36,194 nt of DNA from a virus. Lineage: Duplodnaviria; Caudoviricetes. The translations under genes were made by a program, and so were the position numbers. Shown piece after piece: positions 19,124-26,144 of the stretch (positions are counted from its first letter, which is position 1; each line of letters starts with the position of its first letter). The notes beneath the pieces were generated by a model. That model worked only from the letters and a program-made list of their open reading frames with translations. It had not been told where the DNA came from and did no database searches. The DNA is taken from positions 1-36,194 of IMG/VR virus record IMGVR_UViG_3300037882_001468; one strand, written 5' to 3'.

Positions 19124-20335
19124 TTAAAATTCAGACAAATTCGCTACCACTAGCTCACGCATAAATGGCCCATTGCCATCAATTTGCAAATATGGGTTGT
19201 TCTCATCGCCCAAATCCCTCATAGGAGTTGCGCGACTAACAAGCATTTTAAGCCATCTTCCACCCTCTTGCTCTCGTGGACTTGATAGGTTATTAAGGCT
19301 AATTAAAATATGACAAGCTTTATTTAATCCATTGCCAGCAAAGACATCGCCCTGTTTATTGACCTGCGCTAACAATAAAACCCAAATCTTATTTTTTTTT
19401 GCAAAGTCAGCTAGGCCTTGAGCCACCTCTCGCAAGTGATATTCTTCAGTTTCCTTTGGGTTGCGGCCTTTTATGAGTTGCCAGTAATCAATAATAACCC
19501 CCTCAACTTTGTGTTTATGCACGGCTAAGGTCATTTTCTGCTGCAATTCTGTCCAAGTTATACCTGCTGCGTCTGAATAAATCACGTTATTTTTAATCAA
19601 ATCATAATTAGGCTCTTTAAGTTTTTTGTAATAAGTTTGGCTGTATCGGCCATGTTGGCGTATTTCAATATCGGCGGCGCCCATTTCCATTGCAACATAA
19701 AGATGTTTGTGCCCCATAAGGTTAAGATTGCCTGAAACTGTGCCAGCAAACATAGTTTTGCCTGATTTTTCTGGGCCAGCAAAGCAGTATAGTTTACCAC
19801 TTTCCATGCCACCGTCCATAACACTATCAAGGGTTTTAAAGCCTGTTGGCGTAACTTTGCCGCTAGTTTTGTTTAAAAAATACTGTTGAATAACCTCTTG
19901 TTGGCTTAAAAAATCATCAGCAGGTAGATAATCCATACTTTGTTTGGCAATAAAATCATATAATACGGTTGGCTCAGCCCCTTGAACGCTAGCCATAATT
20001 AAAAGCTCTTTTGCAATAGCTTGGGCTTTTCTCACATGATAACCATCAATCAAAGCTTTTTGGTAAAAACTAAAATTTGCCTTCAAGGGGTTAAAAACAA
20101 GGCAATCGGCAAGCGTTTCGCTAACCTCTTTAGTAGTTTGTCCAGTTTCTGCCGCAATCTGAGAAAAGACCCACGGTGCATTAATTTTACCATGAGAAAG
20201 CTTACTTTCAAAGGTTTTTTCAAAAAACAACCCATAAAAATCAAAGTGGTATTTTTTTAATTCTGTTTGATAAAACAGGTCATCATGCGTTAAAAGTATT
20301 GATAATACGCTATATTCAAGTTCTTGAGTGTCCAT
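19124..20335 (-). CDS. DnaB-like replicative helicase
   Basis: Walker A GPEKSGKT, AMEM, Walker B IIDYWQL and LLAQVN; follows the initiator gene. Confidence 0.9.
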   Translation of the reverse strand: MDTQELEYSVLSILLTHDDLFYQTELKKYHFDFYGLFFEKTFESKLSHGKINAPWVFSQIAAETGQTTKEVSETLADCLVFNPLKANFSFYQKALIDGYHVRKAQAIAKELLIMASVQGAEPTVLYDFIAKQSMDYLPADDFLSQQEVIQQYFLNKTSGKVTPTGFKTLDSVMDGGMESGKLYCFAGPEKSGKTMFAGTVSGNLNLMGHKHLYVAMEMGAADIEIRQHGRYSQTYYKKLKEPNYDLIKNNVIYSDAAGITWTELQQKMTLAVHKHKVEGVIIDYWQLIKGRNPKETEEYHLREVAQGLADFAKKNKIWVLLLAQVNKQGDVFAGNGLNKACHILISLNNLSSPREQEGGRWLKMLVSRATPMRDLGDENNPYLQIDGNGPFMRELVVANLSEF

Positions 20336-20943
20336 TATAGCCCTGCCAATGCATTGTTAGATTTAGTTTTAGGCGCTGTTGTCTTCTCGTTTTTAGCCCA
20401 TATTCTAAAAACTGCGTTATAATCCTTATAGGTTTTGCCCTTAGCTTTGCAGTAATCAAAAATCTTATCTCGCAGGACCAGCCTATCAATGTTAAAATTA
20501 TTAACATCAAGCCACGGCTGCAAATAATCCAAACTATCAAGTTTAAATTCATTTAGGCTTTTTTGCGGCCTATCCTCTACTCTACTCTTCTCTACTCTTC
20601 TCTTCTCTATTCTAGCACCGGTGCTAGCATCTGCTAGCAACTTGCTAGCATTAGAGCTAGCATCGTCTATTTTTAGCAAAAATCCAACATCAACTAGAGG
20701 CTGAAAGTCAGGTTTTACGCTAATGTGTGCCATCTTTTGAACGTAATCGGGGTTATCAGGTATGCAGCCATCGTGACGGCTTGCTAGCATCATGCATACA
20801 ATTGCTAGCAACTTGCTAGCATCGTCTAACATTACCCATGTTGAAGATGATATAAGCTCATAATGCAGTTTTATCCAAGGTGGCGACCTATGTTTATAAT
20901 GCTGGTATCTTTCCCATTTATCAATTTTATACGCATATTCCAT
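20335..20943 (-). CDS. Replication initiator (lambda O-like replisome organiser)
   Basis: WERYQHYK..PPWIKLH N-terminus, low-complexity EKRRVEKSRVE linker, C-terminal YKDYNAVFRIW; carries iterons; coupled to the helicase. Confidence 0.8.
   Translation of the reverse strand: MEYAYKIDKWERYQHYKHRSPPWIKLHYELISSSTWVMLDDASKLLAIVCMMLASRHDGCIPDNPDYVQKMAHISVKPDFQPLVDVGFLLKIDDASSNASKLLADASTGARIEKRRVEKSRVEDRPQKSLNEFKLDSLDYLQPWLDVNNFNIDRLVLRDKIFDYCKAKGKTYKDYNAVFRIWAKNEKTTAPKTKSNNALAGL
20575..20828. repeat. Iteron array / putative replication origin inside the initiator gene
   Basis: Palindrome TGCTAGCA at 20622, 20632, 20643, 20782, 20803 and 20814 (plus GCTAGCA at 20656). 20-bp direct repeat at 20632-20651 and 20803-20822. 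Adjacent pyrimidine/purine-asymmetric tract at 20575-20614. Confidence 0.8.
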
Positions 20944-21122
20944 TACTCACCTGCCTTACTAACAGCAGCCACAAGGCTGTAGCCCAAATCAAGGGCTTCC
21001 TTTTCTGTCATTTCAAGCCTAAATAATGGCAGGTCTTTTGTTTCAATTGTAATTAAATTAGGTTTAGCCGCAATGCTAAAGCCTGTAAATTGGGCTTCCC
21101 GCCCTTGGGTTTTGTGTATCAT
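20943..21122 (-). CDS. Small hypothetical protein, first gene of the replication operon (59 aa, not in track)
   Basis: MIHKTQGREAQF...VSKAGE*, GGAGG RBS, stop overlaps the initiator ATG (TAATG). Confidence 0.8.
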   Translation of the reverse strand: MIHKTQGREAQFTGFSIAAKPNLITIETKDLPLFRLEMTEKEALDLGYSLVAAVSKAGE

Positions 21123-21129
21123 GGTTTAG

Positions 21130-21156
21130 CCTCCAAGCTATTATCCTCCAAGCTAT
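21130..21156 (-). repeat. Tandem duplicated RBS, ATAGCTTGGAGG x2
   Basis: Plus-strand CCTCCAAGCTAT at 21130-21141 and 21145-21156. Confidence 0.9.
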
Positions 21157-21222
21157 AAAATTGGCGGCTTTGCCGCTCGGAGGGTTAGCAAATACAGACC
21201 GCTAAGTCTTACCGCCGCAGCT
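21157..21222 (-). ncRNA. Structured leader RNA of the leftward operon with anti-RBS element
   Basis: GGCGG/CCGCC outer stem, TTAGCGG/TTGCTAA hairpin, and CCTCCGAGC (21183-21175) complementary to GCTTGGAGG. The G-U pairs form only on the minus strand. Confidence 0.65.
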
Positions 21223-21252
21223 AATAAAGCACAAAACCCCCGCGCCTGTCAA
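21223..21252 (-). promoter_or_regulatory. Leftward promoter (replication operon)
   Basis: Perfect TTGACA at 21252-21247 and an AT-rich, non-consensus -10 (TTTATT) 18 bp downstream. Confidence 0.55.
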
Positions 21253-21253
21253 C

Positions 21254-21273
21254 TGGAATAATTGTTTATTCCA
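21254..21273. promoter_or_regulatory. Inverted-repeat operator between back-to-back -35 boxes
   Basis: TGGAATAA-TTGT-TTATTCCA, perfect 8-bp arms. Confidence 0.6.
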
Positions 21274-21287
21274 CCAATAAAAGGGTA

Positions 21288-21316
21288 TTGACATGACATT
21301 AAAAAGGAAACAAGCT
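21288..21316 (+). promoter_or_regulatory. Rightward promoter for a putative small RNA
   Basis: TTGACA at 21288-21293 with a weak -10 (CAAGCT/GCTAGT); followed by non-coding structured sequence. Confidence 0.5.
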
Positions 21317-21319
21317 AGT

Positions 21320-21430
21320 TTTAGGCTAAATTATCCTTGGTGGGCGCGCCAGCCGCCCAAGCACACTAAATCGGTATGCAGTATTTAGCCTAGTTTCATA
21401 GCCTGTAAAAATACCGATAAGCTGGCACTT
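21320..21430 (+). ncRNA. Putative two-conformation small antisense RNA
   Basis: No ORF. Helices: 21322-31/21383-92 (10 bp), 21341-46/21354-59, 21370-77/21411-18 (8 bp) and 21348-53/21421-26 (6 bp). Confidence 0.6.
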
Positions 21431-21519
21431 TACCCGATAATATTGTAAAATAAATCAATTTTCTTTTTAATAAAACCAATAGCTTAAATAGTTTTTTCTG
21501 CTAAGTCTAAAAATAACGC

Positions 21520-21548
21520 TTGACAGTCTTTTATAATACCTTTATAAT
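21520..21548 (+). promoter_or_regulatory. Consensus sigma70 early promoter
   Basis: TTGACA-N17-TATAAT, perfect consensus. Confidence 0.92.
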
Positions 21549-21592
21549 ACCTATATAAGAAGAAAAAAACCACTAAACAAAAGGATTACAAG

Positions 21593-21718
21593 ATGCGCAC
21601 AATTGAAACACAATTTACAACCGAAGAAGAATGTGAAGCCTACGCAGCCGCCGAGGGTATGGTTATTATCATGCTTAGCCAAGCAAGTGGCGGCACTTTT
21701 GACATGACAGTAATTTAA
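21593..21718 (+). CDS. Small acidic early protein (41 aa, not in track)
   Basis: MRTIETQFTTEEECEAYAAAEGMVIIMLSQASGGTFDMTVI*, AAGGA RBS, first ORF after the promoter. Confidence 0.75.
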   Translation: MRTIETQFTTEEECEAYAAAEGMVIIMLSQASGGTFDMTVI

Positions 21719-21729
21719 GGGGGTTGGCT

Positions 21730-21945
21730 ATGCACGGCAAATTCAAAGACATTGAGCAGCAAATTTTAACCTACCACGCCGACTGCAAAAAATTAGCGCG
21801 CGGCCGCCAAGGTTTAAGTTTTTCAGACCAAGTGCAGCGCCAGCGCAACCACATAGAAAGCCTAATCAGTGGCCTAAACGAGCCGACATCGCAGAAACTT
21901 TTAACCAACGCACTAAACAAGGGGTTACAGCTATGGACACGATAA
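21730..21945 (+). CDS. Hypothetical early protein
   Basis: ATG at 21730 after an AAGGGGG RBS. Confidence 0.7.
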   Translation: MHGKFKDIEQQILTYHADCKKLARGRQGLSFSDQVQRQRNHIESLISGLNEPTSQKLLTNALNKGLQLWTR

Positions 21946-22043
21946 TTTTACAATTACAAGCCTATTACCTGATGCAGGTAGGTGAAAGCGCCGACAAAGT
22001 TTTACAACAATTAGCAGATGCAAGAAAGGAAACCCAGTTATGA
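21933..22043 (+). CDS. Small hypothetical early protein (36 aa, not in track)
   Basis: MDTIILQLQAYYLMQVGESADKVLQQLADARKETQL*, AAGGGG RBS, ATGA overlap with the next gene. Confidence 0.65.
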   Translation: MDTIILQLQAYYLMQVGESADKVLQQLADARKETQL

Positions 22044-22300
22044 ATATTTTTCAATTAGCAACAGATTTAGCCGTATTACAGCACCGCGACATCATGGGCC
22101 AACCAAGTGAGCCACAGCACGGCAGCCCATGCGACAGAGGCAGCGCCGATGCTTATTATAACCGTGCACCGCGGCCGCACTATTACAAGCAAATTGATGG
22201 CCAGCGTGTGCGGGTTACTGATTTAACACCAGAAGAATTAAGCGAATATGCTTATGGATATGATAATGAGCACGATAGAAAGGATAGAGCCGATGATTAA
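22040..22300 (+). CDS. Conserved phage hypothetical protein (HGxPxDRGSADxYY family)
   Basis: HGSPCDRGSADAYYNRAPRPHYY..LTPEEL.EY..GY motif; AAGGA RBS. Confidence 0.8.
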   Translation: MNIFQLATDLAVLQHRDIMGQPSEPQHGSPCDRGSADAYYNRAPRPHYYKQIDGQRVRVTDLTPEELSEYAYGYDNEHDRKDRADD

Positions 22301-22520
22301 TTTAGCACCTAAACAGCCTTGGCGGCCAATTGAAACTGCGCCTAAAGATGGCACAAGATTAATAGGGTTTTTTAAACATACCATGCCAGATATGCAAATA
22401 ACAATTATCAAGTTTTCAGAAAAAGAATGTTCATGGTTAGATGATTTTGAAATGGCTTGGACAGCGCCATGTTTTTGGCAACCATTACCACAACCCCCAC
22501 AGGAGGCCTGCGATGATTAG
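22293..22520 (+). CDS. DUF551-like protein
   Basis: WRPIETAPKDGT...WQPLPQPP; likely ATG at 22293. Confidence 0.8.
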   Translation: MINLAPKQPWRPIETAPKDGTRLIGFFKHTMPDMQITIIKFSEKECSWLDDFEMAWTAPCFWQPLPQPPQEACDD

Positions 22521-22803
22521 ATGGCGTAACTTTTGGCTAGCCTTGGCCTTTTTAATTCAAATGGCCTTAAATTGGTATAGCGCCCCAGTTATGTGGCAAT
22601 ATATGACCCTAAAAAACCAAATTGCAGGCTACCAAGCCATAGCTGGCAAAATTCAGGCAACCAACACGCCTGCCGCTATGCCTGCACCAGTCAAGCCAGA
22701 ACTTAAAACCAGCTTAGAAGTGCCATTTTCAACGCTATGTGGCACAGATAACACCGAAGCAGCTTTAATTTGTTCAACATTTAGCCGAGGGGCGGGAGAA
22801 TAA
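22513..22803 (+). CDS. Membrane-anchored hypothetical protein
   Basis: AGGAGG RBS before ATG at 22513; N-terminal hydrophobic helix. Confidence 0.7.
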   Translation: MIRWRNFWLALAFLIQMALNWYSAPVMWQYMTLKNQIAGYQAIAGKIQATNTPAAMPAPVKPELKTSLEVPFSTLCGTDNTEAALICSTFSRGAGE

Positions 22804-22805
22804 CC

Positions 22806-22940
22806 ATGACAAAAACAGAAATTTTTAAGGAAGTATTGGGCGGCATAGTGTTTTTTGCATTATTGGCTGTCTTGTATGTTGCCCTATCGGGCCTATGCAT
22901 TGCAATACATGGGCCGGCACTTTGTGGGGGCTATTACTAA
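22806..22940 (+). CDS. Small membrane peptide (44 aa, not in track)
   Basis: MTKTEIFKEVLGGIVFFALLAVLYVALSGLCIAIHGPALCGGYY*, GGAG RBS. Confidence 0.7.
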   Translation: MTKTEIFKEVLGGIVFFALLAVLYVALSGLCIAIHGPALCGGYY

Positions 22941-22949
22941 AAAAGCCTA

Positions 22950-22978
22950 TTGACAATCCTTTTTAATACCAATATAAT
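22950..22978 (+). promoter_or_regulatory. Consensus sigma70 promoter for the recombination operon
   Basis: TTGACA-N17-TATAAT, perfect consensus. Confidence 0.92.
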
Positions 22979-23004
22979 ATCAGAAACAACCAAAGGGAAA
23001 AGCC

Positions 23005-23976
23005 ATGACACAAGAAATTGAAACACTAGAAACCGAAGCTAACGCACTTGTTAGCCTTAGCCAAGTAACCCCTGCAATGATATTTGTAGAAAATGGGTGC
23101 CAGCCATTTATTGATAAAGTCAAACAGATGGTTGATGAATTTGAGGCCGATGTTACCACCGAAAAAGGCCGTGCAGCCATGAAAAGCATGGCGCGCAAAG
23201 TTGCCAGCAGCAAAACAGCCATTGACGAAATGGGCAAAGAGTTAGTGGCCGTGCTTAAAGTGCAAACAAATGCCATTGATGCCGAGCGGAAGCGTGTGCG
23301 TGATGCCTTTGATGAATTGCGTGATAAAGTAAAAGCCCCAGCCGTTGAATGGGAAAATGCAGAAAAAAGCCGTGTGGATAATTTGCAAAATGCCCTTGGC
23401 CTAATCAGAAGTCATGCAAATGCCGCTAGCATTAACGACCCTGAGCATATTAGAAACTGCCTATTAGGCGCTAAAGAAATTTTTACAAGCACAGTTTGGC
23501 AAGAGTTTAGCGATGTGGCCGTGGGCGCATACAAAAACACCGTCAATACCCTAGAGCAAGCCTTGGCCGATATTGAAGCCCAGCGCAAGAAAGATTTAGA
23601 GCTTGAGCGTTTGCGCGCCGAGCAGGCCGAGCGTGAAAAAGCCGACCGTGAAGCTAAAATTGCAGCCGATGCCGCCGAAAAAGCTGCTAAAGATGCCACA
23701 GATGCAGCAAATAAAGCGGCACAAGATGCTATTGACGAAGCAAACCGAAAAGCTAAAGAAGCCCAAGATGCCCTAGACGCTCAGAGCGCCAAAGAAAAGG
23801 CCGAAGAAGACGCACAGGCGGCCCGTGATGCCGACAAAGCCCATAGAGCTAAGATTAACAACGCTATTGTGGCAGCCATTGTGGCGGCCGTGCCAAGCCT
23901 TAGCGCTGACAACGCCAAAAACATCGTGGCTGCAATCCTGCAAGGCCAAGTGCCAAACACAACCATCAAATATTAA
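23005..23976 (+). CDS. Coiled-coil phage protein associated with recombination modules (often mis-annotated TolA-like)
   Basis: DVTTEKGRAAMKSMARKVASSKTAID motif, A/E/K-rich coiled coil, C-terminal AHRAKINN..QVPNTTIKY. Confidence 0.75.
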   Translation: MTQEIETLETEANALVSLSQVTPAMIFVENGCQPFIDKVKQMVDEFEADVTTEKGRAAMKSMARKVASSKTAIDEMGKELVAVLKVQTNAIDAERKRVRDAFDELRDKVKAPAVEWENAEKSRVDNLQNALGLIRSHANAASINDPEHIRNCLLGAKEIFTSTVWQEFSDVAVGAYKNTVNTLEQALADIEAQRKKDLELERLRAEQAEREKADREAKIAADAAEKAAKDATDAANKAAQDAIDEANRKAKEAQDALDAQSAKEKAEEDAQAARDADKAHRAKINNAIVAAIVAAVPSLSADNAKNIVAAILQGQVPNTTIKY

Positions 23977-23988
23977 GGGGTAAAAACT

Positions 23989-24666
23989 ATGATAAAAATT
24001 CATACCGACATTGTGCAGGGCACAGATGAATGGCTAGAGATGCGCCGAGGCATTTTAACCGCTAGCGAAATGAAACTAATTTTAACGCCAACTTTAAAAG
24101 TGGCCAGCAACGATGCTGAGCGCTCACACCTTTACGACCTATTGGCGCAGCGCATAACTGGCCGTGTTGAAGCCCACTATCAAAACGATGAGATGCTGGC
24201 AGGGCATGAAGCCGAATATCATGTTAAAGAATACTACGCCACGAAAAATGATGAGCCTGTAAGTGTTGGTTTTATAACAAACACAAGCCTTGGTTTTAAA
24301 ATTGGCTACAGCCCAGATGCTCTTGTGGGCGAGCACGGCTTAATGGAAATAAAAAAACGCCGCCAGAAACACCACCTAAAAACAATGTTAAGCGGAACGG
24401 TGCCCGATGAGCATATAATGCAATGTCAAGCTGGCTTGTTTGTTTCAGGCCGCCAATGGATAGATTATTGCAGCTACTGTGCAGGCTTGCCGCTTTTTAT
24501 AATCCGTGTTTATCCGATTAAAGAAATTCAAGATGCCATTGTAACGGCAGCCACAGCATTTGAAGGCAGAATAGTTAAAGCACTAGAGGCTTACAATGAA
24601 ATTCTGGCAACAAATAACCGACTAATACCAACCGAATATAGAGAATATGGGGAGATTGTAATATGA
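23989..24666 (+). CDS. YqaJ/lambda-exonuclease family protein
   Basis: QGTDEWLEMRRGILTAS, GHEAE, GYSPDALV, MEIK and QCQAGL motifs. Confidence 0.92.
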   Translation: MIKIHTDIVQGTDEWLEMRRGILTASEMKLILTPTLKVASNDAERSHLYDLLAQRITGRVEAHYQNDEMLAGHEAEYHVKEYYATKNDEPVSVGFITNTSLGFKIGYSPDALVGEHGLMEIKKRRQKHHLKTMLSGTVPDEHIMQCQAGLFVSGRQWIDYCSYCAGLPLFIIRVYPIKEIQDAIVTAATAFEGRIVKALEAYNEILATNNRLIPTEYREYGEIVI

Positions 24667-25313
24667 GCGACATCAATATGAATGATTTTACTAAACCAAA
24701 AAGCGACCAATTAAATTATGATGACTTAATTGGCGGCGATATAACGATTAAAATTCGTGATGTCAAAAAACACAGCGCACAACAGCCAGTTGCTATTTAT
24801 TTTGAAGGCGACAACGGCAAGCCTTGGCTACCATGCAAGGGCATGATGCGGGTGTTAGTTGCTATTTGGGGCAGCCGTGCAGCCGATTATGTGGGCCGCA
24901 GCTTGACACTATGGGGCGACCCGACTGTTACATGGGCAGGCGCAGAAGTTGGCGGCATAAGAATTAGAGCTATGGAAGGCTTAAAAGATGTGCGTGTTAT
25001 GCCCCTGAGTGCAAGCAAAACAAGCCGCAAACCTTTTACAGTCAAGCCGCTAGTGGTTAAACAAGCAGCGCCGCCAGCCGCACCATCAAACCAAGTGCCG
25101 CCTAAGCCTGCATTATCACACCAAGAGCAGATTGATAACTTGCTTGTGGCCTTTGATAAGCTTGGCGTTACCAATGATATGCTAGAGGCACAGCAACAAT
25201 GCGCTAGTGTTAGCTTTGACATTGCACAGTTGCGCGAAATCTATGCAAAAATCACCAAAGAAAATATGCCTATATCACAATTTTTTAACCAAATAACCGA
25301 AGAGGAAATTTAA
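24663..25313 (+). CDS. Putative ssDNA-annealing/binding partner of the exonuclease
   Basis: KSDQLNYDDL..KPWLPCKGMMRVL..WG..GGIRI family motif; coupled to the YqaJ gene. Confidence 0.65.
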   Translation: MSDINMNDFTKPKSDQLNYDDLIGGDITIKIRDVKKHSAQQPVAIYFEGDNGKPWLPCKGMMRVLVAIWGSRAADYVGRSLTLWGDPTVTWAGAEVGGIRIRAMEGLKDVRVMPLSASKTSRKPFTVKPLVVKQAAPPAAPSNQVPPKPALSHQEQIDNLLVAFDKLGVTNDMLEAQQQCASVSFDIAQLREIYAKITKENMPISQFFNQITEEEI

Positions 25314-25315
25314 CA

Positions 25316-25651
25316 ATGTCAAATCCATTTGAAAAAGCTGAGCAGATTATTAACAAAGAAGTTGAACGCCAACAGCGAGAACCAGAACTTTTTAACCGTA
25401 TGCATGGCACAGAAAAGGCACCCGATGCAGGCGCGCGCCTAAAGCTTTTGATTGAACGCATTGAACGCTTAGAAGAGGAAAAAGCAGCCATTGCCGATGA
25501 TATTAAGGAGGTTTATGGCGAAGGCAAAAGCGCAGGGTTTGACCCCAAAATTATGCGACAAATTGTGCGCTTGCGCAAGCTGGCCACCGACCAACGCCGC
25601 GAACAAGAAGAGCTGGTTGAACTTTATAAATCTGCATTAGGCATGGTGTAA
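25316..25651 (+). CDS. gapR: GapR/DUF2312 (UPF0335) nucleoid-associated protein
   Basis: LKLLIERIERLEEEKAAIADDIKEVYGEGKSAGFDPKIMRQIVRLRK..RREQEELVELYKSALGM. Confidence 0.92.
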   Translation: MSNPFEKAEQIINKEVERQQREPELFNRMHGTEKAPDAGARLKLLIERIERLEEEKAAIADDIKEVYGEGKSAGFDPKIMRQIVRLRKLATDQRREQEELVELYKSALGMV

Positions 25652-25652
25652 G

Positions 25653-26141
25653 ATGAAAACTAGTGTTTTACTTGATATTGCTGAGCATCATGCTGGCTCT
25701 CAAAGCCAAGCCATAGAGGTTTTTCAAGCGTTAGATAAAGCAGGATATTACATAACCAAACGGCCACGGCCAATAGAAGAAGCGCCAAAATGTGGCAAGC
25801 CTTTTTGGGTTTTGATTGATAGGCTGCCATATCTTGCAAAATATGGTGAGCATGGCCGCTTCGTGTGGTGTATGCACGGAAACATTGCAACAGGTGCATC
25901 ATATAATGTTAAAAACATAGATGGCAAAAGGCTTTTGGAAGAAACAAAGGCCGCTGAGTATGACTACCAAAGGCAATGGTATTTATGGCGCTTAGGCTTT
26001 GAGCATAAACCAACCCACTTTTACGACATAGACGCGCTACCAAAACCAGAAAGCGCCACCATGTGCTTCATAGATGAATGTGCAGAAATACCACCAGAGA
26101 CATTTGAAAAATTAAAAACAATGCAACTTAAAAAGGATTAG
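25653..26141 (+). CDS. Hypothetical protein, DUF551-like
   Basis: RPIEEAPK...KPTHF...LPKP. Confidence 0.65.
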   Translation: MKTSVLLDIAEHHAGSQSQAIEVFQALDKAGYYITKRPRPIEEAPKCGKPFWVLIDRLPYLAKYGEHGRFVWCMHGNIATGASYNVKNIDGKRLLEETKAAEYDYQRQWYLWRLGFEHKPTHFYDIDALPKPESATMCFIDECAEIPPETFEKLKTMQLKKD

Positions 26142-26144
26142 ATT

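Noticed and set aside
20575-20828. CRISPR mini-array
   Set aside because: The repeats are 8-20 bp without unique regular spacers and lie inside a coding gene; they fit iterons.
21320-21430. tRNA or known self-cleaving ribozyme (twister-like CCCAAGC, hammerhead)
   Set aside because: There is no T-loop or anticodon arm and no CUGANGA/GAAA core, and twister helices cannot be built. Kept only as an unclassified structured RNA.
26058-26120. Terminase Walker-B-like fragment (CFIDECAEI) at the end of the 25653 ORF
   Set aside because: It is too short and has no Walker A in the same protein; it may be a chance match or a relic.
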